This document shows, one piece after another, positions 1-9,693 of a stretch of 64,000 nt of DNA. Under the pieces are notes generated by a model. That model was not told the origin of the DNA, made no database searches, and worked only from the letters and a program-made list of their open reading frames with translations. The stretch is from positions 64,001 to 128,000 of the forward strand of contig JBGUGD010000002.1 in assembly GCA_041697335.1 (NCBI GenBank). The letters are read 5' to 3'. Positions within the stretch are counted from its first letter, which is position 1, and each line of letters begins with the position of its first letter. Position numbers and translations under genes: made by a program. The DNA is from Vampirovibrionaceae bacterium NZW_1234. Lineage in GTDB: Bacteria > Cyanobacteriota > Vampirovibrionia > Vampirovibrionales > JAGQHJ01.

Positions 1-265
1 AGCCGTCCAGATCAATGTGGCGTTTGCCATGGGCACTGGGAAAGTAGGTGCCGATAAAATCCACGGTGTCCCGCTCAACCGTCCAGGCCGGCATGGTCTG
101 AGAACCGGCCGAAACCACAATGAGACTGCCCGGGTCGGGGCCTTCTTCAAAGCTGCCGTTTCGAAGCAGATTCTGGCAGGATGGGGCATTCTGGGCCAAG
201 GCCAGGCTATTGAAAGCCAGTGACACGGTGATGGCTAGGATGCCGAATAAACGTTGGTGATTCAT
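1..265 (-). CDS. Secreted DUF642/choice-of-anchor C family protein (5' part; runs off the window)
   Basis: Manual translation from ATG at 265: MNHQRLFGILAITVSLAFNSLALA (signal peptide), then NLLRNGSFEEGP...WTVERDTVDFIGTYF...GKRHIDLDG, typical of this family. Not in the ORF track because it is truncated. Confidence 0.7.
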   Translation of the reverse strand, partial: MNHQRLFGILAITVSLAFNSLALAQNAPSCQNLLRNGSFEEGPDPGSLIVVSAGSQTMPAWTVERDTVDFIGTYFPSAHGKRHIDLDG

Positions 266-564
266 AGACGCTCTCTCCCACAGGCCTGAACAGTTCTGAA
301 ATCATCTGTAAAAACCCCCGCATTTTCAAGCTCTGTAACAAAAGTATGTGCAAATGACAGATTCTGCTTTGTCCTGTGAAGTAAGTTTTGTATGATGCGA
401 TTTCGTGTTATGGCAGTCGTATTTGGGGGCCGTTTTTTCGCTTTCTCCTCGAAACGTCGCTTTAATGGATGCTTTGCTCTGAAAGGACGATTTGCCCTGG
501 GGCCGGGTCTCCTCTCTGCTATGGACATTGACCGTGATTTGGATAGAAAAGGTGGTTTTTGACG

Positions 565-2799
565 ATGACTTCGATACTGGGAATAACACCGCATGGAATG
601 ACTGTGATGGCCTCTCGCAAGCGAGCCTCAAAATCGGCAATACCGGCACCTCAGGCTGCTTCCTCTCGGCAGGTGGCTGAAGGGCGTTTGCCTTCCTCTT
701 CCGGGTTTCTTGCGGCCCAAGGGCATGTTGCCTTTGCGGGTGCTAAAAAACGGCTTGCGCCTCCCAGTGACCCGACGCTTGTTGAAACTCTGCACGGGCG
801 ACAGGTGGCCGATCCCTACCGGCCTCTGGAAGATCTGGATTCGCCCAAGACCGTGGCCTGGTGGAAGGCCCAGAACAAGCGAACCGAAGCTTTTCTGGCA
901 AAATCCAAAGCCCTTCGTCAACGTACCACCGCATGGCATGAGGCCATTCGCGATTTCTCCCGCGAAAGTACCGTGTCTCGCTACGGGCGAAATTATTTCT
1001 TTACACGCCAGGCCGGACTGGAGCCCCAGCCCACTTATTATGTGCGAAAAGGCAAAAAATCGGCGCAAGCCGAAGTCTTGATTGATCCGAACGCCTTGTC
1101 CAAAGATGGGACCGTGGCGCTGCAGACCTTTGATGTGAGCCCCAATGGCAAGCTGGTTGCCTATACCGTGAGTGAGGCAGGCAGTGACTGGCAAACCATG
1201 CGGTTTCGGGATGTGGAAACCGGCAAAGATGTTTTTGAAGAGTTGAAAGGTTTGCGTTTTACCGATGCCACCTGGGATGCCAACGGCAAAGGTGTCATTT
1301 ATGCCAAGCCCTTGCCTGAGTCTGAAGCCCCCGGCAAGCATTTTGCCCTGTACCACCATACGTTGGGACAGGATCAATCTCAGGATGTTCAAGTTTATAA
1401 GCGCCCGGATGTGGAGAATTCTTTTGTCGGTGCGTTCCGGCTGCGCAAGTCCGACCCGATGTTGTTTATTTCCGTCGGCAGTGGAACCAATCCGGAAAAT
1501 GGACTTTATGTGCGTAAACCGGGTCACAAGACCTTTCAGGAAATTTTACCGCCTAAGGTGGCCAAGCTGAGCCCCTTCTATCGGGACGGGGATACGCTGT
1601 ACGCCACCACGGATTTGGATGCCCCGCGTACCCGGCTGGTGTCCATTGACATGAACAACCCGGATCCCAAACGTTGGAAGACCTTGGTACCCGAAAGCCC
1701 GGATCCGTCCCATAAACTGCAATACGGCTTTGTGGCTGACGGGAAGATTCTGCTGGGCTGGTCCAAGGGTGGGGCGGATGCCTTGGAGATCTGTAATATG
1801 GATGGTTCTCACGTGGCTGATGCGCCGATTCCCCTGGGCTCTTCGCTGAGTTTCGGGCAGGTACGGCCCACGGATAAATCCTTTGAGGTGTCCATCGGAG
1901 GGTATCTTTCCCCGGGGACCCGCTATAAATATTCCGTGGCGGACAATACCCTGACGTTTGTGAAGAAAAGCGACATTCCCCGGGATTTGACCGACATTGC
2001 CGAGGTAGAGCGCCTGCATGCCACCTCCAAGGACGGAACGAAAGTCCCGATGTGGGTGATTCGTCCTAAAGATATGCCCAAGGACGGTTCTTCGGCGACG
2101 CTGCTTTACGGTTATGGCGGCTTTGACGTGTCGCTGGAACCCGGCTTCTCGTATAACATTATGCATTGGGTCGAAAACGGCGGGGTCTATGTGGTCGCCA
2201 ACTTGCGCGGGGGCGGAGAATTCGGCAAGCCCTGGTACAATGGGGGGCGTCTGAAAAACAAGCAGAATGTGTTTGACGACTTTGCCGCATGTGCCGAGAA
2301 ACTCATTAAAGACGGCTATACCCGGCCGGAACGCCTGGCCATTAATGGTGGCTCCAACGGTGGACTGCTGACCGCCGTAACGGCCCAGCAGTATCCGCAC
2401 TTGTTCGGGGCAGTGGTCTCGGAAGTGCCGGTGACGGATATGCTGCGCTTTCATACCAATAACTTTGGGGCCGCCTGGATGTCTGATTACGGTGACCCGA
2501 CGAAAAAAAAGGATTTTAAGGTCTCTATCCAGTACTCGCCCCTGCATAATGTCCGCCCCGCCAGTGAGGTAACCTATCCGCCCACGTTGATTATGACCGG
2601 TGATCACGATGATCGGGTGGCGCCATGGCATGCCTTCAAATGGGCGGCCACTCGCCAGGCCCAAGGCCATGAGGCGACCACGTTCTTGCGTGTCTCCGAG
2701 CGTGCAGGCCATGGGGCGGGCAAGCCGACCAAGAAAATTATCGAGGAAAGCGCCGATCGCTACGCCTTTTTAGTACAGACCCTGGGGCCGTTAAGATAA
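565..2799 (+). CDS. Prolyl oligopeptidase (S9A) with N-terminal extension
   Basis: DPYRPLED, YGYGGF, NLRGGGEFG, GGSNGG nucleophile motif, DDRV and GHG catalytic motifs. Start uncertain (559/565/598/607). Confidence 0.95.
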   Translation: MTSILGITPHGMTVMASRKRASKSAIPAPQAASSRQVAEGRLPSSSGFLAAQGHVAFAGAKKRLAPPSDPTLVETLHGRQVADPYRPLEDLDSPKTVAWWKAQNKRTEAFLAKSKALRQRTTAWHEAIRDFSRESTVSRYGRNYFFTRQAGLEPQPTYYVRKGKKSAQAEVLIDPNALSKDGTVALQTFDVSPNGKLVAYTVSEAGSDWQTMRFRDVETGKDVFEELKGLRFTDATWDANGKGVIYAKPLPESEAPGKHFALYHHTLGQDQSQDVQVYKRPDVENSFVGAFRLRKSDPMLFISVGSGTNPENGLYVRKPGHKTFQEILPPKVAKLSPFYRDGDTLYATTDLDAPRTRLVSIDMNNPDPKRWKTLVPESPDPSHKLQYGFVADGKILLGWSKGGADALEICNMDGSHVADAPIPLGSSLSFGQVRPTDKSFEVSIGGYLSPGTRYKYSVADNTLTFVKKSDIPRDLTDIAEVERLHATSKDGTKVPMWVIRPKDMPKDGSSATLLYGYGGFDVSLEPGFSYNIMHWVENGGVYVVANLRGGGEFGKPWYNGGRLKNKQNVFDDFAACAEKLIKDGYTRPERLAINGGSNGGLLTAVTAQQYPHLFGAVVSEVPVTDMLRFHTNNFGAAWMSDYGDPTKKKDFKVSIQYSPLHNVRPASEVTYPPTLIMTGDHDDRVAPWHAFKWAATRQAQGHEATTFLRVSERAGHGAGKPTKKIIEESADRYAFLVQTLGPLR

Positions 2800-2803
2800 G
2801 TCT

Positions 2804-3478
2804 TTAGCCCCATAATTTTGAGGCCAAGTTACCCATGCCATGGATGTTGCGGTAGATGATCATGGCGATTTTATTTCCCAGATTGGCAATTTGTTTGTCG
2901 GACCGGATTTGGCCCAAATTTTCGGTTTTGATGAACTTGTTGATGTCATTTGGGTTGCTGCTGACGAGGCCGAGTTGACCTGTAAGACCCCATTTCTTAA
3001 AAGGTTGTTGGAAGGCCTGTCCCAGGTTTTGGGTTACAAAATCGTCGTGCTCGTCCAGAGTCAGGATGTCAACGCCTTTGGTGTTCCCAATGACTGCGGC
3101 GACAAGCTTATCGTCCAGATAGATTTGTACGGATTCCAAACCGGGGCCGGTCAGATTCTCGTCTCGGAAGGAGTCGCCCTCTAAAGTGGAGCCGCCACTG
3201 GAAGAGCTCGTCATGACCCGCTCTGTTTGATTCCCTGCCAGATCTTGAAAGCCATTGACCAAGGCGTCTCGGATATTGCGAATTGCTTCGTTGGCGGAAA
3301 AACTGAACTCCAAGGACGTGATACTTTGGCGGGCTTCCTGATCCTTCCCGCGCCATACCTCTCTGCGGGTCCATTCGCCGACTTTTTTGTCGACGGCGGA
3401 GGATGTGCTAATTCTGTCAGGTAAGGCTTTGTTGAAGCGAATTTCAAAATGCGATCCGAAGCGCGGTTGGATGTTCAT
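2804..3478 (-). CDS. Hypothetical protein with MNIQPRFG leader
   Basis: Open frame. ATG at 3478 is preceded by a GGAG RBS, so the longer ORF-track start is unlikely. Confidence 0.7.
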   Translation of the reverse strand: MNIQPRFGSHFEIRFNKALPDRISTSSAVDKKVGEWTRREVWRGKDQEARQSITSLEFSFSANEAIRNIRDALVNGFQDLAGNQTERVMTSSSSGGSTLEGDSFRDENLTGPGLESVQIYLDDKLVAAVIGNTKGVDILTLDEHDDFVTQNLGQAFQQPFKKWGLTGQLGLVSSNPNDINKFIKTENLGQIRSDKQIANLGNKIAMIIYRNIHGMGNLASKLWG

Positions 3479-3699
3479 ATACGAGGGCTCCTTGGGCTTA
3501 TGAGGATAAGGGGGTGAGTCTACAACGTGACTGAAGAAGCAAAATTGCCTGCCTTTTTTTGAAATCCGACTACACTGTCCATGGGATTTGTGTCGGGGCC
3601 GGGTCCATTGCCTGAAGGAAATTGTGTGGCCGATCATGAAGATCAGGGGGCCAGAGACCGACACACCCGATACGTGGAAGAACAGTCATTCGAGAGACC

Positions 3700-4995
3700 A
3701 TGGTTACACAGCTTTATACTGCACCATTAAAGCCTTATAACGCTGCCCACGCCCAGAAAGGCGTTGGGGCTCCCTTGGGGCAGGCCAAGTCATCGGAGCT
3801 GACCACCAATCCCGATGACGACGGATCGCAGAACGGGTCCCATACGCTGGCGGCTTTGCAGGATCAGAGCCAGAACGGGGTGATCAACATTCAGGCGGTT
3901 CTGGTGGATTTCCAGAGCACCATGGATGCCTTGGGGGTGACGCCCGAGGTGCGCCAGGAAGTGGCTCCCTATCTTCAAGTGGTGGCGCATCAGGCTCAGC
4001 GTCCCCAGCCGGTGGCGGGCCTGGTGAAACAGAATTTACGCATCGCCGGGGATACCCTGGATCAGTTTATTTCCGAAACCCTGGGGCAACCCTCCAACGT
4101 GGTTCGAGAATGGGTCGATGCCCTGTTGCTGCAGCCCATCAACTTCAAGAGTGATACACCCATTGTGATTCATACCGGTGTGGAGGCAGGCATGGCTGCG
4201 CCCATGGCCCCGGCTTCCGGACCGATTCAGGACCATGGCGCAGCAAGTTCGGATTCTCTGGACACCGGCTCATCGGAGTTGGCTGATGTAGACCAGCGCT
4301 TTATCAAGCAAGCCCTGCAGGATGCCAAGCTGGCCATGAAGGAAAATCGCCTGGATGATGCTATGGGCAAGTATCAGGGCATTTTGGATAAGCTGGATGG
4401 GCAGGATTATCCCTTGGTGAAGGGGCGGGTTCTCTATCAGATGGGACGTGTCCAGGAAAAAGGACGCAATCTGGAGGGGGCTGTCGACTATTATCAGAAC
4501 GCTCTGGATACCTTGCCGGAGAAGGCGGCCCTGGAATTGCGGGGGAAAGTGTGCCGGGCTTATGGGCAGGTATTACAACAGCAAGGCAACATTGATCAGG
4601 CAATTACGATTTTTCAGCAGGGCATCGGGATTCAGGCTGCGTTGGGTAATGCTGCCGAGCAGGGACAGATGCGCAACTTGCTGGGTATGGTCTATATGCG
4701 CCAAGGCCAGGTGGAGCAGGCCCAAACGCAGTTTGAGTCCGCCCTGGTTCTGGCTCAGGAGTCGGACCCGGCCATGGTGACCGATGTGTTGAGTAATCTG
4801 GGGAGCTTATCTCGCAAGGCTGGGCGATATGCCAAGGCCATGGGTTATTACAAGCAGTCCTATGAAGCGGCCAGTGCTCGCCAGGATGTTGACGGGATGC
4901 GTCAAACCTTGCAGACCATGGCCTCGCTGTACCTGGATACGGGTAAGCCGGAAAAGGCGTATAAGATTCTTGAGAAGGCTCTATTTAAAGTTTAG
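3700..4995 (+). CDS. Tetratricopeptide repeat protein
   Basis: C-terminal half has repeated TPR helices (LYQMGRV...AVDYYQNAL; LSNLGSL...AMGYYKQS). Confidence 0.85.
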   Translation: MVTQLYTAPLKPYNAAHAQKGVGAPLGQAKSSELTTNPDDDGSQNGSHTLAALQDQSQNGVINIQAVLVDFQSTMDALGVTPEVRQEVAPYLQVVAHQAQRPQPVAGLVKQNLRIAGDTLDQFISETLGQPSNVVREWVDALLLQPINFKSDTPIVIHTGVEAGMAAPMAPASGPIQDHGAASSDSLDTGSSELADVDQRFIKQALQDAKLAMKENRLDDAMGKYQGILDKLDGQDYPLVKGRVLYQMGRVQEKGRNLEGAVDYYQNALDTLPEKAALELRGKVCRAYGQVLQQQGNIDQAITIFQQGIGIQAALGNAAEQGQMRNLLGMVYMRQGQVEQAQTQFESALVLAQESDPAMVTDVLSNLGSLSRKAGRYAKAMGYYKQSYEAASARQDVDGMRQTLQTMASLYLDTGKPEKAYKILEKALFKV

Positions 4996-6719
4996 TGTTC
5001 CAGCAGGTGGTAATTCAGTCTTTTGCAGACCTTCTGAAGATAAGGTTCGGTATCCAGGGGGCTTTTGAAGCCCAGTTGGCGGGAAAATTCTTCCGGGGGC
5101 AAGTTGCCCTGTTTCCAAAGCGAGATTAAAAACGTTCCGGCGTCCGGATTTTTGAACCAGTCATCGCCCCGATGTTTAGGTGTGCCAAAGGTTTTTGCCA
5201 GATAGCTTTCGAGTTGTTCCGAGAGCAGCTGCCCCAAGACGTAATCGGCAACATACAGATCCGGGTCGATGATTTCGGCCCAGCGTGAGCGCTCATATGT
5301 GGAGATGTGCAGCGTGTCAAACAGATCGTTGTAAAAACGTTGGGGCTTATTGTCGATGGGGGTGCCGTCATACAGTGATAACTCAAAACTCAGTTTGCAT
5401 CGGTTTCGACGCAATTGGGTCATATGCTGGAAAGTCACCAATTGGCTAAACAGGATAGCATCGCTTTTTTCCACTCCCATGACGCGGGTGAGCCAGTGGG
5501 GGTTGCTGAAGAGTTTTTCAAACAGGAAGGCGTAAGCTTCGGTCACGGCATTGTTTCCGGAGGCGGCCAAGGGACTGGGGAGCTTTTTATCGACGTTGGC
5601 ATAGTGGTTGGCATGACCTGCTTCGTGTAATTGACAGCGGCCTTCGTCCCAACCGGACCGCCCAGCCGTTGACAACCAGACCTCTTTGCCGCCTTGCCCG
5701 ATGGTGACGAAGGCCCGAGGAGCTTTGGTGCTTCGTGAGGTCAGATCCATAAAAATCCGTTTGGCCTTGCGAGGGGAGTTGAGGAATTGGGTAAAGTCTT
5801 CCGGGGTTTCAAACTTAACCGTTTGGGCTTGTTGGGTAAAGGGAATACCCAAGGTATTCATGGTTTGCATGGTTTTTCGGAGCCAGTCGCCACTGTGGAG
5901 TCCTGGCGAGGGTTTTCCAATAAACCAGTTTCGATAAAGCCAGCTTGTGGCAATTGTGTCGGGGGTAACGGTTCTGGTGTCCTCTTCATGACGGCGAAAT
6001 TCGTAGGAACGCTTAAAACGTTGGTAGCTGGCCCAATAGGTCGGGTCGGTTTTCTGTATCACTTCCTTGGTTTTGGCCAAGAGCGCATCGTAATCGTGGT
6101 GGTTGGCGACCTGGTAAAAAGTCTTTAGGTTCGCGAAGCCGAGGGTCTGAACATGATGGGACGCTCTGTTGAGAAAGGTGACAAATTGTGTGACGAGCGC
6201 GGGTCGGCTTTTCAGCACGAGATCAATAAAGCTGCTGGTGTCGATGCGATGATGCAGGTTTTGAATGGCATCGCGTTGCTTGGTCGTGTGCCTTTCCAGG
6301 CTGTCTCTCAAGCTGTCGGTATAAAGGCGGCGAAGAAGCAAATTGTCGGGGTGAGTCTCGTGGAGTTTTCTGAGGCGTTGAAGCGTTGCTGGGGCATACA
6401 GGGGTTCATAGCGTTTGAGGAGTCTGGTGGAAGCCAACTTTCGTTTGAGTCGTGCCGCAAATACCTGGTAGTGAAGTCGCGCCATATCCCGGCGTAATCC
6501 TTCAGATAACTGGAGGGTGGCCTTTATAAACTCAACATCCGAGGGGGAGAGGTTTTTCGGTAAATACGTTCTGAGATTCTGAGCACGGTTGCCGGAAAAA
6601 AGGACATGGGGTTGATGTACACAGCTGGGGACATGCCGGAGCTGTGCAGGCAGCGGAGATATGTCATAGGGACGGCTAAGAATGGGGGGAATATGCATTG
6701 GGAGTCCCAACATGTTCAA
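4992..6719 (-). CDS. Gluzincin (M3/M2-like) metallopeptidase homologue
   Basis: HEAGH zinc motif, downstream NAVTEAYAFLFE, and YVADYVLG. N-terminal leader ends in HVLFSG. Start uncertain (6719/6713/6698). Confidence 0.75.
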   Translation of the reverse strand: MNMLGLPMHIPPILSRPYDISPLPAQLRHVPSCVHQPHVLFSGNRAQNLRTYLPKNLSPSDVEFIKATLQLSEGLRRDMARLHYQVFAARLKRKLASTRLLKRYEPLYAPATLQRLRKLHETHPDNLLLRRLYTDSLRDSLERHTTKQRDAIQNLHHRIDTSSFIDLVLKSRPALVTQFVTFLNRASHHVQTLGFANLKTFYQVANHHDYDALLAKTKEVIQKTDPTYWASYQRFKRSYEFRRHEEDTRTVTPDTIATSWLYRNWFIGKPSPGLHSGDWLRKTMQTMNTLGIPFTQQAQTVKFETPEDFTQFLNSPRKAKRIFMDLTSRSTKAPRAFVTIGQGGKEVWLSTAGRSGWDEGRCQLHEAGHANHYANVDKKLPSPLAASGNNAVTEAYAFLFEKLFSNPHWLTRVMGVEKSDAILFSQLVTFQHMTQLRRNRCKLSFELSLYDGTPIDNKPQRFYNDLFDTLHISTYERSRWAEIIDPDLYVADYVLGQLLSEQLESYLAKTFGTPKHRGDDWFKNPDAGTFLISLWKQGNLPPEEFSRQLGFKSPLDTEPYLQKVCKRLNYHLLEH

Positions 6720-6796
6720 CTGGCCATGAAAAAACGAAGGCGACTTTAAAAATGCGTCGTTTGGATATCAGGATGGCTTCGAACTTAACGAAGACG

Positions 6797-8035
6797 CTAA
6801 ACCGTATCCAAGGCCCGCTCCAGAACAATTCGTCCGTTAATCCAGACCATAAGCGGCTGAGTCTCCGGATCGAGCAAAATCTCGAAGGGATCGTGAATCC
6901 CTGCGGATGGGTGCCACCAGAGAACCATATCAGCGGCCATGCCGGGTGCCAGATACCCCACTTCATGATCCCGGTGAAGGGCTTTAGCCCCGTGGCGCGT
7001 CAATAGCAGGAGGGTTTCCTCGGCGCTGAGGCCATGGAGACGTCGGGCCTCCCGGGCTTCGGCCCGCATGTCCAAATCCGGGCAGGAGAAGCGGCTGTCT
7101 GTGCCGAGGCCAATGGGAATACCTTGCATGAGGCGTGCTTTTAGGTTGGGTAGGGTCTTGCCGGTCAACCATTGGTTGCTGCGGGGGCAGTGGACCAGGC
7201 TGGCACCCGAGGTTTGGATTTGTTTCCAGTCGGCTTCGGATAAGAAAGTCCCATGGGCCAGAATGGTTCGGTCATTGAGATAGTCTGCCATGGTCTCAAG
7301 AGGACTGATGCCGGTGCGGGTAGGGCCAAAAGTCTTGCCTAAAAAGCGAAGATGAACCTCATCCAGCGAGGAGGCGCCGTTGAGAAACCAGTCTATTTCT
7401 GCCTGAGTTTCTGCAATATGGGTATGTATCATCGGGGGAGACAGCTCTTTTAAAGCCTTTGCCCACGCACTTGGGCTGACATTGTAGGGGGAATGGGGAG
7501 ATAGGCCAATCTCCAGAAGCGGATGGAGAGCAAACCGGTTTTGAAGCTCATGCACTCGACTGGTGACGGAGGTCAGATCCGGATCCTTGTCATGGCCCGG
7601 GTAAAAGAATTCCGGAGACACGATGCCCCGCATCCCTATCTGAGACAGTGCGTCGAGTGAGGCCCCATCGGAGGTGATGTCATTTACAAAGGTGGTTCCC
7701 GTGCGAATGAGTTCCAGAATACTTTTTAAACAGTTTTGCAGCCGATCGGCTTTGGTCTGGGCCTTGTTTTGCGCCGTGACCTGCGACAGCCAGTCGGCCA
7801 TGCTTTCCTCGGGTAGAATGGGTGTGGGGCTGCTCGCATACAGTTCCAGGTGTGTGTGGGCATTGATGAAGCCAGGGGCCAGGATCGTTGTGCCGCCTTC
7901 TCGTTCCTCGGTGCTCTCATACTCTCGTTCAATGTGGGCCACCAGACCTGTCGATTTGTCGATGGCAACAGCTCCGCCTTCCAAGGGCGGAAGGTCCATG
8001 GTCACAATCCAGTCAGCCGGGTTCACATCAATCAT
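6797..8035 (-). CDS. Amidohydrolase family protein (deaminase/chlorohydrolase-like)
   Basis: PGFINAHTHLE, PHSPY, HIAET, HCPRSN and GLGTD metal-binding motifs. Probable ATG at 8035. Confidence 0.9.
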   Translation of the reverse strand: MIDVNPADWIVTMDLPPLEGGAVAIDKSTGLVAHIEREYESTEEREGGTTILAPGFINAHTHLELYASSPTPILPEESMADWLSQVTAQNKAQTKADRLQNCLKSILELIRTGTTFVNDITSDGASLDALSQIGMRGIVSPEFFYPGHDKDPDLTSVTSRVHELQNRFALHPLLEIGLSPHSPYNVSPSAWAKALKELSPPMIHTHIAETQAEIDWFLNGASSLDEVHLRFLGKTFGPTRTGISPLETMADYLNDRTILAHGTFLSEADWKQIQTSGASLVHCPRSNQWLTGKTLPNLKARLMQGIPIGLGTDSRFSCPDLDMRAEAREARRLHGLSAEETLLLLTRHGAKALHRDHEVGYLAPGMAADMVLWWHPSAGIHDPFEILLDPETQPLMVWINGRIVLERALDTV

Positions 8036-8163
8036 GAGGCTATTGTATGCCGAACCCAACGTATCGCCAACTCTTGGGGTATTTGGGCCATCCTCTTTTG
8101 TTGCGGCAATGTTAATGGCATAATGGGGACGCGTTTTAGTGCGGTGAAAAGGGACAATTCCGG

Positions 8164-9621
8164 ATGGCCAGTCTAGCATCTACCCAGACCAAATATGAAA
8201 CCGTGATTGGGATTGAAGTCCACGTTCAGCTCAAGACCAAAACCAAGCTGTTCTGTGGCTGTTCCACTCAATTTGGTGTTGAGCAAAACCAGAATACCTG
8301 CCCAATTTGTCTTGGGATGCCGGGGGTGTTGCCGGTCTTGAATCAACAGGCGGTTGAGTATGCCATTCTGGCCGGGCTGGCCTTGAATTGCCAAATTGCC
8401 GAAGTCACCAAGTTTGACCGCAAACAGTATTTTTATCCGGATCTGCCCAAGGGATATCAGATTTCCCAGTATGATCAGCCCATTTGCTATGACGGTTACC
8501 TGGATATTCTGGGAACCCGGGTCCGGATTGAACGGGCGCACATGGAGGAAGATGCCGGAAAACTGGTTCACGCTGGCGCTGCCGGGTTGGCTGGGTCAAC
8601 ACATAGTCTGGTGGACTTGAATCGGGCCGGAACTCCGTTGCTGGAAATTGTTAGTGCGCCGGATATTCGCAGCAGTGAACAGGCACGTGTCTATGTTGAA
8701 ACCCTGCGCAATATCGTGCGCTACCTGGGGGTGTGTGACGGGAACCTTGAAGAAGGCTCCATGCGGGCGGATGCCAACGTGAGTATCCGTCCTGTCGGAA
8801 GCTCGACCTATGGCACCAAGACGGAGTTGAAGAATATGAACAGTTTTCGCTCCATTCAGCGGGCCATTGACTATGAAGTTCAACGCCAGATTCAACTGGT
8901 GGAAGAGGGCGAGCGCATTATTCAGGAAAGTCGCCTGTGGAATGAAGCAACCGGTATGACCGCCTCGATGCGCAGTAAAGAAGAGGCTCACGATTATCGC
9001 TATTTCCCGGAACCTGACTTGCGGCCGGTTGTGATTTCACGCGAATGGGTTGAAGAACGCCGACAGTCCATGCCGGAGTTGCCGTTGCAACGTTTGTCCC
9101 GCTTTCAGGAGGCCTTTGGTCTGTCCGAGTATGATGCCGGCGTCCTGGTGGACTTCAAGGAATTGGGTGACTTCTTTGATGCAGCTGCCAAGCACAACAG
9201 CAATTATAAGGCCCTGGCGAACTGGTTGATGGGGGACATTACCGCCTATCTGAAAGCCAACCAAAAAGGGCTGGACGAAACCAAGTTGACGCCCGAACTC
9301 CTGGCCGAACTGGTGAAGCTGATTGATGCCGGAACCATTAATTCTGCGGCTGCCAAAAAAATTCTGCCGGATTTGATTGAGACAGGGGCCTCTCCTGAAA
9401 CGCTCGTGCAACAAAAAGGGTTGTCTCAAATTTCGGATGAAGGGGCTGTGAAGCAGCTGATTGAGCAGGTGTTGGCTCAGAACCCGGCCGAAGTGGAGTC
9501 TTTCCGTAATGGTAAGGAAAAAGTGTTTGGCTTTCTCGTTGGCCAAGTGATGAAAGCCTCTCGTGGAACAGCCAATCCGGAACTCGTCAATCGTCTGATG
9601 ATGGAGCTCCTGAAAGGGTAG
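8164..9621 (+). CDS. gatB: Asp/Glu-tRNA amidotransferase subunit B
   Basis: YETVIGIEVHVQL, FDRKQYFYPDLPKGYQISQ, MRSKEEAHDYRYFPEPDL. Confidence 0.98.
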   Translation: MASLASTQTKYETVIGIEVHVQLKTKTKLFCGCSTQFGVEQNQNTCPICLGMPGVLPVLNQQAVEYAILAGLALNCQIAEVTKFDRKQYFYPDLPKGYQISQYDQPICYDGYLDILGTRVRIERAHMEEDAGKLVHAGAAGLAGSTHSLVDLNRAGTPLLEIVSAPDIRSSEQARVYVETLRNIVRYLGVCDGNLEEGSMRADANVSIRPVGSSTYGTKTELKNMNSFRSIQRAIDYEVQRQIQLVEEGERIIQESRLWNEATGMTASMRSKEEAHDYRYFPEPDLRPVVISREWVEERRQSMPELPLQRLSRFQEAFGLSEYDAGVLVDFKELGDFFDAAAKHNSNYKALANWLMGDITAYLKANQKGLDETKLTPELLAELVKLIDAGTINSAAAKKILPDLIETGASPETLVQQKGLSQISDEGAVKQLIEQVLAQNPAEVESFRNGKEKVFGFLVGQVMKASRGTANPELVNRLMMELLKG

Positions 9622-9693
9622 CATAATACTCCTGCAGGTGACACTTGGCGTCAATAGGTATTATCGGAAGCAGCAACAGATAAAGAGGGCATT

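Noticed and set aside
628..2712. Long minus-strand ORFs (628-1527, 1546-2712)
   Set aside because: Antisense shadows of the prolyl oligopeptidase gene with no protein-like motifs.
3455..3478. F-G leader as a type IV prepilin cleavage site
   Set aside because: Prepilins are G|F-xxx-E followed by a hydrophobic helix. Here the order is reversed and most cases lack the helix.
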